Origin: Mobula hypostoma
Lineage: Eukaryota
DNA length: 64,000 nucleotides
Assembly: GCF_963921235.1 (NCBI RefSeq)
Contig: NC_086118.1
Location: forward strand, 17,424,001-17,488,000
Direction of reading: 5' to 3'
Numbering within the stretch: the first letter of the stretch is position 1; every line of letters begins with the position of its first letter. The notes beneath the pieces were generated by a model, which saw nothing but the letters and a program-made list of their open reading frames with translations, searched no databases and was not told the origin of the DNA. Below, one piece after another: positions 1 to 13,257 of the stretch. A program made the translations under genes and the position numbers.

Positions 1-130
1 TTTATTCTGGCATCTTCCCCCTTCTTTCTCAGACCTGAATAAGGGTCTCGGCCTGAAACAGCGACTGTTTATTCATTTCCTTTAATGCTGCTTGACCTGC
101 TGAGTTCCTTCAGCACCTTGTGTGCGTTAC
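1..130 (+). mobile_element. Penelope-derived 3' end (pLTR) fragment with degenerate hammerhead motif
   Basis: 31-66 agac-ctgaata-agggtctcggcct-gaaa-cagc-gact, followed by atgctgcttgacctgctgagtt...tgtgtgcgtt, is homologous to the PLE end at 41021-41119. Confidence 0.75.
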
Positions 131-464
131 CTGTTGAAAAAGACAGGTCATATCACTCAGCCCTTCTCTTTTGCTGTCGGTACATTGCCACATTTCAAAC
201 TGCATCCTCTAGTCCACTCACCACCACAGAGACATGCTTCAAACCTTTACTCACCTGCTCATACAATTACATTAACCCGCCTTACCTTGCATATGGATGA
301 GAACCATCAATTTACTGATGGACACAAGCAACCTATCTGTACACCTGTATGACTCTAAACTCGATTAGAAGAAATATGCAAGTCAATGTTCATACTAAAA
401 TTAAATGTTCATATATTCAACGTACTTCTTACACTCAATGTACTCCTATGACTTCCCTAAGTAT

Positions 465-769
465 TTATTTATTGATTGATTGATTGATTGGTTGTTATAC
501 AGCACACAGTAAGCCCTTCTGATCCTTCAAGCCATGCTGCCCAGCAACCCTCTGAGTTTAATCCTAGCCTAATCATGGGGCAATATATAATGACCAATTA
601 AACTACCAACCGGTGTGTCTTTGGATGGTAGGAGGAAACCAGAGCACCTGGAGGAAAGCCACACATTCACAGGGAGAACACACAAGCTCCTTACAGGCAG
701 TAGTGGGAATTGAACCCAGGTCGCTGGTATTGTAAACACTGTGCTAACCACTATGCTACAGTGCCACCC
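465..769 (-). mobile_element. tRNA-derived SINE (V-SINE / HE1-like)
   Basis: Minus strand has an A box (tagcatagtgg), a B box (ggttcaattcc) and the central motif gttctccctgtgaatgtgtggctttcctccaggtgctctggtttcctcc. It ends in a short tandem tail. Confidence 0.8.
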
Positions 770-826
770 CATCTATGTGTTTCCTTTTTAAAGACCCTTT
801 CGCTTTAACTAGGTGGCTGCAAAATG

Positions 827-1465
827 GAGCAACAAACAAAGTGCTGGAAGAACTCAAAGGATCTGGCAGTATCTGTGGAGGGAAAGAGGCAATCAGAGTT
901 CAGATAAAGGGTCTTGTCCCACAATGCCAACTGTCCACTTGCTTTCACAACACCACTCGACCTGTTGAGACCCGCCTGAATCCAGCATCTGTAGTCTCCC
1001 GTGTGTCCATGATCAAAAGTAGGTCCTTCGTCAGAACTGAGGAGGGGAGAAAACAAGTTAGTTCTGGTGGCAGAGAAGGAGACGGAGGGATGAGTAGATC
1101 AGAAGTTTTCTCTGTCAAGGTGAGATTGAAGGAGTTGATGTGCCAGGCTTTTAAACTGTGTTACGTGTTGTAGGGTTGTGGGACATTCCCAGAAGGCTTG
1201 TCAATTCTCTTGGAAAGCACAAGAAAAGTCACAGGGGTTTGTTTGGCAGAACTATACAGTTCTGATACAGGCAAGAAAGAAGGAACACGTTCCCTTAGTG
1301 TGAAACTGAGCTAGAAGGTTACAAAGCGCTCAGATGGAAGTGGAGGTGTTTTCTCTTAGGCTTGTATTGGGCCTTGTTATAATAATGCAGAGAGGTCAGA
1401 GTCCGAGTGGGGCAGAGACATAAAATGGAAGGCAACAGTAAAGTCATGTTGTCCTTATAGACTGA
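827..1465 (-). mobile_element. Old degenerate Penelope-like 3' segment, interrupted at ~896-1008 by an opposite-strand PLE end
   Basis: 827-895 plus 1009-1040 reconstitute a minus-strand pLTR end (ccttcgtcagaact). 1350-1465 resembles the GIY-YIG C-terminal region at 36040-36180. Confidence 0.6.
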
Positions 1466-2480
1466 CTGGCAGACCACAGTACATGTGCTTGCAACACTGT
1501 GTGTCTGACAGAGTGATCAGCAGCACTGGGGCTCCACAGGGGACTGTCTTGTCTCCCTTTCTCTTCACCATTTACACCTCAGACTTCAACTACTGCACGG
1601 AGTCTTGTCATCTTCAGAAGTTTTCTGATGACTCTGCCATAGTTGGATGCATCAGCAAGGGAGATGAGGTTGAGTACAGGGCTACGGTAGGAAACTTTGT
1701 CACATGGTGTGAGCAGAATTATCTGCAGCTTAATGTGAAAAAGACTAAGGAGCTGGTGGTAGACCTGAGGAGAGCTAAGGTACCGGTGACCCCTGTTTCC
1801 ATCCAGGGGGTCAATGTGGACATGGTGGAGGATTACAAATACCTGGGGATATGAATTGACAATAAACTGGACTGGTCAAAGAACACTGAGGCTGTCTACA
1901 AGAAGGGTCAGAGCCGTTTCTATTTCCTGGGGAGACTGAGGTCCTTTAACATCTGCCGGACGATGCTGAGGATGTTCTACGAGTCTGTGGTGGCCAGTGC
2001 AATCATGTTTGCTGTTGTGCGCTGGGGCAGCAGACTGAGGGTAGCAGACACCAACAGAATCAACAAACTCATTCGTAAGGCCAGTGATGTTGTGGGGATG
2101 GAACTGGACTCTCTGACGGTGGTGTCTGAAAAGAGGATGCCATCCAAGTTGCATGCTATCTTGGACAACGTCTCCCATCCACTACATAATGTACTGGTTG
2201 GGCACAGGAGTACCTTCAGCCAGAGACTCATTCCACTGAGATGCAGCACAGAGCGTCATAGGAAGTCATTCCTGCCTGTGGCCATCAAACTTTACAACCC
2301 TCCCTTGGAGGGTCAGACACCCTGAGCCAATAGGCTGGTCCTGGACTTATTTCCTGGCATAATTTACATATTGCTATTTAACTATTTATGGTTTTATTAC
2401 TATTTATTATTTATGGTGCAACTGTAACGAAAACCAATTTCCCCCGGGATCAATAAAGTATGACTATGACTATGACTATG
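1462..2480 (+). mobile_element. 5'-truncated Rex1/Babar-type LINE (RT C-terminal half, disrupted)
   Basis: Motifs GAPQGTVLSPFLFTIYTSD, KFSDDSAIVG, YKYLG and SFLPVAIKLYN, with an in-frame stop at ~1852. Ends in aataaa plus a (tatgac)n tail. Confidence 0.9.
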
Positions 2481-3204
2481 TGGGTTGTGGAAGTTATGGA
2501 AAGGCAAGGTTAAGGTAATACCCAGGCAAGATAGATTGAAAATAGTGCAGACACTCCAGGAGAGAAAGGTCTTTGAAGAGCATAGTTTTCTTTTGCATAT
2601 TACGGGTCTGAAGACAAGATAACCAATCCAAGATAACCAATAACACACCAACTAAGGGACAATTGCTTCAATAACTTCAAAGTATCATCTGTTGCAGGCT
2701 TGAAGTTTTTGTTGACTTTTAGCACCTCTCTATTGACTTTTGTGAATGGTGATTGCTATTGCAAGTAACGAATTCAAACATACACCAGTTCACCAAATCG
2801 TTAATTTTCATAACATAATAAAAGGGCATTTCTATATTCAGAATTCAGAACAGTGTGGTTACAGGGGTCATGCTGCTCTCCTTGTGCACAAGTAAAATAA
2901 AATGCGATTGAGTCATAAGAGTGTGGGTCCAGATATTTTATTTTATTATTGGAGACGACAGTTATTTAGAGGTTCCACCAAGAAGGCTAACCCTTGACTT
3001 TGTTATATGGGAGAAAGGAACTCAGCCCTGGTAGCTGATCAGTCCTAAATTCTAGTCTGCACACAATTGAGCAAAGGACTGAGTCTGCTGCTGGAACGCA
3101 AATTTCGTCCTGTGTGGAGTAGTCAGGGTACAGCAACACCTTAGTCGCCAACATAGGAAAGGAGCAGAATTACAAAAAAGGGTGCCCTGGTCAAGGAAGC
3201 ACAG

Positions 3205-3340
3205 GAAGAAGTTGCTGTGGTCTGGATCAGGCCCTGCATGAAGTTACCATGGATTGGATCAGGTCCCATATGAAGTTGCTGTGGCCTGGGTTATGTCCTG
3301 CAAGAAGATGCCCTGGTCTGGATTGGGTCCTGCTGGAAGC
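3205..3340. repeat. ~32-bp minisatellite, about 4 degenerate units
   Basis: Repeated gaagttgctgtggtctggatcaggccctgcat-like unit. Confidence 0.75.
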
Positions 3341-6214
3341 ACTGGAAAAAATTGATAAGTGTGAGGTTTAAAAAAAAAGAAATTCCTGATACTGTGCACA
3401 TGAATGACAGCACGAAAGTTCAAGTCCCAGACCTCTAAAGGACTCTGGTAGCGTGCATATTTGTACAGTTTGGACCAGAAAGCATTAAGTATGTTGAGAA
3501 TGTGGTATGGGTGAAATGAACTAAGTGAGTATCTGCAGACGTGTTAGAGAAAGGAAAATTTGAGAAGACTTTAGTGTGGTCTGTGTTTGTTCAATGTAGA
3601 TGTGAAATATAAAAATGGTTGGATGAATCCTGTGCAAATGGCAGGAGAAGTGAACAAATGTTAAAGAAGAAAAATACACAGCAAAAGCAGGCAAAGTATG
3701 ATAGTGCCTACCTCAGTATTTGAATAGAAAGAATTAACATCAGAGTCTGAGAATGAATTAGATGCTGCACCCCTGCCTTTCCTAGGGATAGTTTCAACAG
3801 GACCCACGCCAAGTGGTGCCTCTTAAGTACTTGGTGAGGCCGGTGCCCTGTCACAGGTGGTTCCCAGTTGCACTATGGGATACAGAAGGCAGAGGGCTGC
3901 ATGGAGGATGAGCAAAATGCTGATGTAAATGTACCTTGAACTGATCTATTATGAGTTCCAAGAAAATGTTTTCCTCACACTGTAGATAGGCATATAAAAA
4001 GTGTCAGTCAGAAAATAATGATGTTAATGAATAAGCAGAAGACATGCATAAATGTTTTCAAAAGTATTCTGCGTTAACTCTAGAAGCGAAGCGAAGCGAA
4101 GGCCCCTGTCTTAATAAATATTATTGTAAATATAGGTTAAAGGAAAGGTTAATGTACCATTACTTATGTGAGATGAGAAGAGTTAAATAAAATTGGGAGT
4201 GTTTTATAATATTGCCAAAAGAAATTACAACATCAAAGGATTAAAGCAGTTAAAGGAATGAGAACAATACTTGTTTGAGACTTCCCGGCTGCTCCACTAT
4301 AGCCTCTGGGCAATATTGTACACTGCTTTGAAAGTATCATGAGAGCAGCCCTATACAATTTAAATGTTATTTTAACTTGCAGTTTTGTTTTATATTTAAC
4401 CAGACTGACAGTGACCAAATTTTGGCTAATTATTACCAGATTAACTTCTGCTTAAAATTTCACTGTGAACTTTAGTTCAACATTACCTGCTTTATACACA
4501 TATGGCTCATGTGATCCGCTTGTGTTTTGAACAGTGTAGGTGCAGCACATTTTCAATAATGCTGTTCTAAATGTATGATTTACAGTTTTTTGATTCACGT
4601 TAACATACATGGAAATGGAATGCTGGATACAGTAGGGGTAAACATTGGGATGTCCATGTTGTTTGTGGACAGCCTGGCTACTGGGACTGAAGCAAGACAA
4701 CCTGGGTAACAATTTGTACCTCCACCACCGCCAGCACCATGGACTACTCACTTTACTTTAAGTAATCTCTTCCCAAGCTGTACTTAAGAATCTGTACAAT
4801 TTTAATTCTGCCCGTTGTAAAATGACGCTTGATATAAGCCTGTGCGTAATTTTTCTTTGACGGCTTTTCCTGCCAATTCAATACTAGGAAAGATTTTAGT
4901 GGAGAGATGGCACAGTTACCTGCCCTCTGTTCTGCTCAAGCAGCTAAACCTTTTTACATGAACAAAAGCCTTCAACCTTTCAGCTGGTGCTGCTGTAAAC
5001 ACTTAAACTGAATCTCACCGTGTCTCACGTGACAGTGGACAATTAGGGAAACTATGCGGGTTTCTCATCTCTTCGGAACTTGGAAAGAACATGGCGAATT
5101 AACTATGATCCTATAAAACTGCCTTTCATTTACTTACTGTAATTGCTGTTATAAACGATGTGGCTCATACTAACAAGAAGGATGAAATAACTAGTGGGAA
5201 CAAACAAGCTGACTCCTTTACTAAGGCAGCAACAGCAAATCTTTATGCTGCATTGCACTCTATTATGATCAGGCAGCGAATACCTTCCAAGCTCTAGTAC
5301 AATTACAGTGTGTAGCATCAGTGGCTGAAAGGACTTCATGGACTAAAGCACACTATGTACAACACTATAAAGGATGATGGGTATAATCAAAAGGGAGAGA
5401 TTCTCAACCATAGCAAGAAAAGTAGCAGCAACTATACTAGCAGTCACCTCACAGTCTCCACCTAGCTAACAGGAGTCACTTGCCACTCGTTCCCATCTCA
5501 TCACCTGCAACCTATTTAAACCTAACTCTCATCCATGGGCTTTTTTCACCCCTCAAATCAACCAGCCTCAGCCAATTGCTCTTTGCCTTCAGTTACCTTG
5601 TTGCTTTGTTGTGTTAATTATCTGTTTCTCTTGCTTTGTGGCCCCTCATGGCTTGTTATATTTTGCAGGTTATCATTAAAGTGATCAATCGCTGCTAAAT
5701 TGTTTCTGCTGCTCTGTGTTTGGGTCAAGCCTCCTCTACATTTCCTGACAGGATGGGTGAACCAGTGATTGAGCCAGGAGCTTTTGCTCACCTGAAGGAA
5801 GACGTCTGCCTTAATGAGTACACGATCCAGAAGGAGCAGGAAACCATTGCCCATCTGCTCGCCACTCCCAACCAACTCTCTGTCTCACTACAGCAACGCC
5901 ACACCAGTCAAATTCCTCCCTCAGAGATCCAAATTCCAGAACCTAAATGCTTTGATGGATCCCCAACCTGACAGTGCAACACCCTGTCCCGGTGCGTCAT
6001 TGCACATTGAGCTCCAGACATCACTGTATGCTACGAATCAAGCCAATTTTGCATTCATCATCTCTCTCATTACTGGGCGAGCTCTGACCTGGGCCGCCAC
6101 AATAAAACCACCCTTTGCAATAAATGTGAGGAATTCACCGTCAAGTTATGCCAGGTTTACAACCATCCAGGAAGGTCCTGCATGGGAGGGTGGTCAAGAA
6201 GGTTCAGTTACCCG

Positions 6215-7976
6215 GCATTCGAGGTGAGGTAGTAAATTGGATTAGATATTGGCTTTGCGGAAAAAGCTAGAGAGTGACAGCAGATGGTTGCTTCTCTGAC
6301 TGGAAACCTGTGACTTGTGGAGTAACACAGCGACTAGTGCTGAGTCCATTGTTCCTTGTCATCAATATCAATGATCTGGTTGATAATGTGGTTAAATGGA
6401 TCAGCAAATTTGCAGGTGACACAGATTGAGGATATAGTGGATAGCGAGGAAGGCGATTATTGCTTGCAGCTGGAAAAATGGCAGATGGACTTTGATACAG
6501 ACAAGTGTGAGGTGTTGCACTTTGGTAGGACCAACCAGGGTAGGCCTTACAGTAGTGCTCTGAGGAATGTGGTAGAACAAAGGGATCTGGGAATAAAGAT
6601 CCATAATTCATCAAGAGTGGCATCACAGGTAGATAGGGTCGTAAATGAAGTTTTTGTCACGTTGGGCCTTCGTAAATCAAAGCACTGAGTACAGGAGGTG
6701 TGATGTTATGTTCAAGTTGTATAAGACGTTATACAACAGGGAGGAGGGAGTGAAGGTACGTTGGTGCTCGACAGTGGCTCCTTCAAGCTCATCTACGGAA
6801 ACAGCTCAATTTCTACCTTTAATGTCTCTCTTTTACCTTTTCAAGGTGGATGGGGTTCTATTGGAGACCCTGACCTAGAGCTACACTCAAACTTTGGTAC
6901 TTTGCAGCGGTGGGACCCACTTCTGGGGCTCATCGACTGGTTGTTTTTCGATATTCCAAGTACCCAACCTAGAAGATGAGCTTGCTTTTGGCGTTGTGAT
7001 GCTTTATGGCCCTGTGGATGAGCTGACTCTATGTCGGTGCCACCAGCTGATGTGTTGCAAGAGAAAACGGAATATCGGGAGCAGCAGATCAGCTGTCAGG
7101 GCCTCAGCAGTCAGCGAATTGTGCGTGCTATCTCTCTGTCGTTGGCCGGGGAGATTTTGTCGCTAACTCTTGAATCAGAGAACTCAGAAAAAAAAGCGAT
7201 GTGGCAGACTTTACCACAGTAAATCACCGAGTTGTTTTGCTGAAATAAGTGGGGGTGCGGAAGGGTCACTGCTTTGCTGCTGCATGGGAGGCAGAGTTGG
7301 GGGGGGTGCTTTAGGGTTCTAACATTTATCCTGTCACGCGTTCTTTGGGGCACGCTTCTGTTTTCATGGTTGTGTATTGTATACATTCTCTGATACTAAA
7401 TGGGACTATTGAACTGTTGAAATATTGAACACTGATGAGGCCTAGTTTGGAGTATTGTGTGCATTTTTGGTCACCTACCTACAAGAAAGATGCGAATAAG
7501 GTCAAAAGAGTACAGAGAAAACTTACAAGGATGTTGCCAGATCTGAAAGACCTGCGTTATAAAGAAAAACTGAAGAGGTTAGGATTTCATTCCTTGTAGA
7601 ATGTAGAAGATCGAGAGGAGATTTGAAATAGGGATATACTAAATAATGAGGAATATAGATAGGATAAATGCAGGCAGGCTTTTTGCACTGGGTGGGAGGT
7701 TCTACAATTAGAGGTCATGGGTTAGGAGTGAAAGGTGAAAAGTTTAAGCAGAACATGAGGGGGAACTTCTTTACTCAAAGGGTCATGACAGCGTGATATG
7801 AGTTGCCAGGACAGGAGGTGCATGTAAGCTTGATTTCAACATTTAAGAGAAGTTTGGTTAGGTACATGGATGGTAGGGGTATCAAGGGCTATAATCCCAG
7901 TGCAGGTCGAGGGGAGAAGGTAGTTTAAATAGTTTGGAAGGGCCTGTTTCTGTGCTGTACTTTTCTATGACTCTAT
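6215..7976 (+). mobile_element. CR1 LINE 3' fragment inserted in the Gypsy gag
   Basis: KWQMDFDTDKCEVLHFGRTNQ, then gagtattgtgtgcatttttggtc (EYCVxFWS), and a ttctatgactctatga tail. Confidence 0.85.
6730..7430 (+). mobile_element. Unclassified non-autonomous retroposon nested in CR1
   Basis: It interrupts CR1 between ...tataagacgtt and actgatgaggcc..., has no coding similarity, and ends in a tandem tail (tattgaactgttgaaatattgaac). Confidence 0.5.
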
Positions 7977-10900
7977 GAGTCTAAGTGGAAGGGAGGCAGA
8001 GGATCAGATAGTTTGCATGCATTAAGGCTCACGCTCAATGTGGAATACACCGTTGAATTCAGGACCCTCGCGACAGAGTCCAGCTGGAATGTGGAAGCAG
8101 TGCTGGCTTCTGCATTCCATCAAGACCTCTCGGAACACTTGACAGATGAACTGCTTACCTGGGAGATGCCCACCAACCTTGAAAGCCTCATCACTCTGGC
8201 CATCCATGTTGACAAGCATCTGGTGGAACGGCCCTCCAGTTCACCAGCCAGAACACCAGTTCCATTCCAGCACCATTTTAGGCTGCAGAACCCTCACAAT
8301 CAACACCTACAGAAGCCATAAAGTTCGAGAGAGCTCTCTTAACCCACCACCACCCCCCCCCCATCAGCGAAGAAACAATTTGTGCGTTTACTGTGGACCA
8401 GCCAATCACCCACACATCAAATGCCTACTTGTAAAAGGGAGGCTGGTACCCTGCTATCTCACAGACCCCATAACTGCACAATAAACCTCTTCCTAGACAC
8501 CAAGACTTCTTTTCTCCCTCTCCCCTCCTGAGACCCAAGCCTAGAATGATCACATCGCCAAAACGCTACATCATAGCTTCATTCGGCCATCCATCCCCAG
8601 TCGATGCAGGATTCTTCTTTGTCAAAAAAATATGGAGGCCTTCATCCCTGCATTGACCACTGTGGATTCAATAAAATCACCATTAAGAACTGCTACCCTC
8701 GCCCCTTCTACACCCAAACCTACACCAATCTACACCAAAGCCCAGATCTACACCAAACTCTGTATGTAATCCACATCTGCCAAGGGAATGAGTGGAAGTC
8801 AGCATTCCACTGGCCACCATGAATACTTGGTGGTGCCTTTTGGATTTTCCAACAGTCCGGCCATTTTCCAAGTCATGATTCATGAGATCTTCTGAGACAT
8901 ACAACTCAAGTCTGTCATTGTTTACCTTAATGACATCCTCATCTCCTTCAAGGACCCCCAAGACCATGTCTGTCACCTCCTTCAGTGTCTCCTCAAAAAC
9001 CAACTCTACTCCAAATTAGAAAGTGCCAGTTCTACACCCAAGTCATTTCCTTCCTGAGATATGTCTTTTCACCCCAAAGCCATGGTCCCAGAGAAAGTGC
9101 ACAATGTTGTTAAATTGCCCCAGCAGTGTTCCCTCAAACAGTTAATGTTCCTTTGGCTTCTCCAACATCTACCACCATTTCATCAGGAAGAATAGCCAAA
9201 TCATTGCTCCTCTCATCTCCCTCATCGAGCACCTTACTGATACCTGGTCTGCTGACACACATCATGCTTTTGAGAAGCTCAAGAGATGCTTCACCACCAC
9301 TCCCATTCTCTGCCATCCGAACCCCTCCACACCTTTTATAGAAGAGGTGGTCACATGTGACATGAATGCCTGGACCATCCTCTCTAGTGAAGACTAGGAG
9401 ATCATATCCTTGTGCTTTCTTCTCACTCAAGTTCAACCCTATACATCAGCATTATGGAGTAGGAGACAGGAAACCACTCGCTATTAAATGTGTGTTAGAG
9501 GAATGGAGACATTGGCTGATGGGATAACACCAAGCACTGCCTGATCTGAACTGACCTCCATAACCTTATATCCATTCACCAGACCTGCCAACACAATCCA
9601 CGCTAGGCTTGCTGGGGCCTATCTCTGAGCAATTCTTCACCGTACCCTACCAGCCCAGCTACAAGAACAATGAGGCAGATCCCTGTTTGTCCCAGCTGAA
9701 ATGGAGATCGACCCTCAGCTCATCATTCCATCCTCACAGATCCTCGCCCCGATCATCTGGGACCATGAGAACCAGATCCGATAGGCCCTGCAGCACAAGC
9801 CTGTTCCAGCCACCACACCTGACAATCACATGTATGTGCCAGAAGCCATGTGCTCTCTTTAAGGCACTCCAGTGGGCCCACTCCTTACAACCACTTCCAC
9901 CACCCCCCCCCAGGCATATGATGGACCCTAGATTTTCTGCAATACCGGTTCTAGTGGCCTACCATCATCACAGATAAAAGGCAGTTCGTCGCTGCCTGCC
10001 CTCAATGTGCCCAGTACAATTCCTCAAAACAGCAGCCCTCTGGCCTCCTGCAGCTCCTACCAGTCCCTCGAAGCCCATGGGCCCACATCACCATGGTGAT
10101 CATGACAGTGGTGGACCAATTCTCCAAGATAGTGCACGACATTGTCCTCCTCAAACTCTATCAGTTGCTGAGACAATGCATAAATTCTTCCATGCCTGTT
10201 TTCCCTCAGGGCATTATGTCATACTGAGGCCCACAACTCGTTTCCCAATTCTGGCGAACTTTCTGCTCCCTTCTCGGCACTTCTGTCAGTTTGTCTTATG
10301 GCAGTCATCCACAAACTAATGGCCAGTCAGAAAGAGCCAATCAGTAAGTGCAGAAATTTCTGTTATGCTTTGCTGCCTGCAACCCTTCCACACGGAAGAA
10401 GAACTGCCCCAGAATCTACACACCTCCTCTGCCACGGGTATGTCATCGTTTGAAGTGCTTCATGGCTACCAAGTCCCATTGTTCCCTATGGAGGAGCCAA
10501 CAGTCGAGGTCTCATCTGTCAGGGCCCTTTTCGCCAATGACTGAATGCTAGGAAGAGGATACAAAGGCCCATCTGAGCTATCAACTGTGTGTATTGATGC
10601 CAAGCCAACCGCCAGCAGGATCCAACCAGACTACTCCAGCCCGGGGATTGCAACTGATTGTCCACCTGTGATCTGCCCCTACGCAACGACTTCCGCAAGC
10701 TCTCGCCATGGTTCGTCTGTCCCTTCAAGATTACCCAGCGCATCAATAAAGTCACTTGCAATTTTCAGTTGCCACCATCCCTCAGGATCACACCTACTTT
10801 CCACACGTCCTACTTCAAGCCTCGCTGTTCATGAAAAGCTCATCTCACCTGAGCCTGAACCTTCGGAACCCAGGATGGTGCAAGGTGGTCCAGTGTTCAT

Positions 10901-11734
10901 GGCTCACTGGTTGATGGATTCTTATTATTGTGGATGGAGAGTGCAGTACCTGGTCAACTGGGAAGAGTATGGCCTGGAGGAGAGGTCTTGGCTGCTGTCC
11001 ATTTTCATCTCGGATCTATTGCTCAATGGAGTACATTACAGATTATTATTTTGTTGCCATGAAAAGAAACACATCCACTGCCCACCTTCCTGTTCCTGTA
11101 TTCCAGAGGCTGTTCAGTTGGATTACTTGAGAAAAAGGTAGAAATTTGAAAAAGGATCTAGTGCTCTCCTGGCATAGATGACAAATAAACTCTTCCCAGG
11201 CTTCCGTCCAGGTAGAAATTTGTCAGTGCTTAAGTTTGAGCATGAGATAGGGCATGCAGTTACAGTACTTGCCAAAACCTGGAGGCTTCAACAAAACCCA
11301 GAAATGAGTCTTAATAATATTAAATTGCTTAAGTGCCAATGCCTGGTGCTCTTTCACAGCAAGCTTGTTTCAATAGAACTAATAGGATGTGTACCTTGAG
11401 AAAACAGAAGTGCCAACAGAGGGGAGGTGAGGATGAAGAGATGGGGGAGAAAGACAATGGAAATACAGTAGACTGAGGGAGCAGTCAATGTACCAAATAA
11501 CATCGTTACTCTTTTCAAACCTTAATCCTAATCCTGCACTTGTTCTATGAGATCATTTTATGCTTAAAGCATACTAATGTCCAATGGTTATATTTTCTTT
11601 GGGTTTCACAAGTTGTGGCTTAAACAATGGCTTGACATAGTGAATAAGACATCTTTGAGCCAGCTTGTGTAACAATGGGATTAGTGTCCTTCTTTTCTAC
11701 ATTTTCTTTTCATTATTGCAGCATTCACAATGTA

Positions 11735-11950
11735 CTCCCTCACCCCTCCTTGATCCACCTATCACCTACCATCTCTATCTCACTCCTGCCCCTCTCCTCT
11801 TTACACATCCACTTCCATTCTCAATCCTGATGCAGGGTCTTGACCGGAAAGGTTGACAATTCCATTTCCTCCACAGACGCTGTTTAAGCTGCTAAATTGC
11901 TCTTCCAGCTATTTATTCTTGCAACAGTGTTTGCATTCTCTTTTGTCTCC
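11735..11950 (+). mobile_element. Degenerate Penelope pLTR fragment
   Basis: A pyrimidine-rich stretch (cctatcacctacca) leads into cctgatgcagggtcttgaccggaaaggttgac, a decayed hammerhead. Confidence 0.6.
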
Positions 11951-12099
11951 ATTTCACTGATACAGCGTTTTCACTGTGGAGAACAGAGGTAAAGTATAAG
12001 ACAACCTCTTTTCCTTGGCTCACTCACTTTGGTGTCTATTCCATGTTGAAATTACTCTACATTTAACTACCACTAGCCCATCTAGCGAGTTGTAGACAA

Positions 12100-13220
12100 G
12101 AAGGTAAGAGAAAGGAGTAGATTAGGCCATCTGGCCTAATCGAGAATTCATCAGTACCATGGCTGATCTGGCCTTGAACACTACTCCACCTACCAGCTTC
12201 TTCCATATAATTTTTAATTCCTCTACGATGCAAAATCAATTTAACTGCATCTCAAATATATAATGAGGTAGCCTCTACTGCTTCCTCAGGCATTCACTAA
12301 TCTCTGAGTAAAACATTTCCTCCTCATGTCCATCCTAAATCTACTCCCCCAAGTCTTGAAGCTATGTCCCCTAGTTCTCTTCTCACCTACCAATGGAAAT
12401 AACTTTCCGGCCTCTGTGTTATCTATCCCTTTCATATTTTTATATGTTTCTATAAGATCGACTTTCATTCTTGTGAATTCCAATTAGTGACTCAATCTTC
12501 CTCATAGGCTAAGCCCTTCATCTCTCGAATTAACCTGGTGAACCTCCACTACACTACCTCTAAGACAGCATATCTTTTCTCAAGTAAGGAGACTAGAACT
12601 GCATTCAGTGCTGCAGCTGTGGCCTGACCATTTCATCTGGAAACTGACGGCTTCAGCATCACCTCCCTGCTTTTAAATTCGATCCTTTTAGCAATGAAGG
12701 CCAACATTCCACTTGTCTTCTGAAAAAATCTATTGCACCTGCAAGCCAACCTTTTGTGATTCATGCACAAAAGTTTCAAGTCCCTCTGTACAACACGATG
12801 CTGTAATCTTTCACCATTTAAATTTTAGCTTTTTTCTTCCCTTCTAAGTGGACGACCTTGCATTTACCAATCCTGACATTGTCTGTAAGGAATTTGTATG
12901 TTCTCCCATGACTGTGTGGGTTTCCTCTCACAGTCCAAACATACTGGTTGACAGGTTAATTGATCTTTGCAAATTGTCCTGAGATTAGGCTATGGTTAAA
13001 CTGGGGGGTATTAGGCATCACAGCATGAAGATCTGGAAGAGCCTATTCCACATTGTATCTCAATAAAATAAATAAATAAATAAACTCTATCTGCCAGGTT
13101 TTGCCCACTCACTTAACCTATCTATCTCTCAGCAAACTCTCCACATCCTCTGCATAATTTGCTTTCCCATTCAAGTTAGTGTCATAGGCAAACTGAGATA
13201 TGCAACACTTAGGTCCTTCT
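12100..13220 (-). mobile_element. Older CR1 LINE 3' fragment
   Basis: DLIETYK...RTRGHSFK...FTQRLVN; homologous to 13850-14800. Confidence 0.8.
12873..13085 (+). mobile_element. 5'-truncated V-type SINE nested in CR1
   Basis: gttctcccatgactgtgtgggtttcctc core and a (taaa)n tail; homologous to 465-769. Confidence 0.7.
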
Positions 13221-13257
13221 CATTTTTCAACAGATTATGCCTCCTAACACATCAACC

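Larger units (their letters stand above)
5420..11010 (+). mobile_element. Decayed sushi-like Ty3/Gypsy chromovirus (5' LTR, gag, pol, chromodomain)
   Basis: LTR ends ...cctgaca at 5750. Gag motifs: IPEPKCFDGS, FIISLITGRALTWA, VEFRTLATESSWN and the Zn knuckle CVYCGPANHPHIKC. RT motifs: GGLHPCIDHCGFNKITIKN and [14 protein letters not shown]. Chromodomain: VQYLVNWEEYGLEERSW. Many stops and frameshifts. Confidence 0.9.

Noticed and set aside
690..769. tRNA gene (A/B boxes)
   Set aside because: It is a SINE head followed by the SINE core and tail, with no proper cloverleaf.
10545..11141. Domesticated PEG10/RTL-like or chromodomain host gene
   Set aside because: It is part of a Gypsy element riddled with stops and frameshifts and interrupted by CR1.
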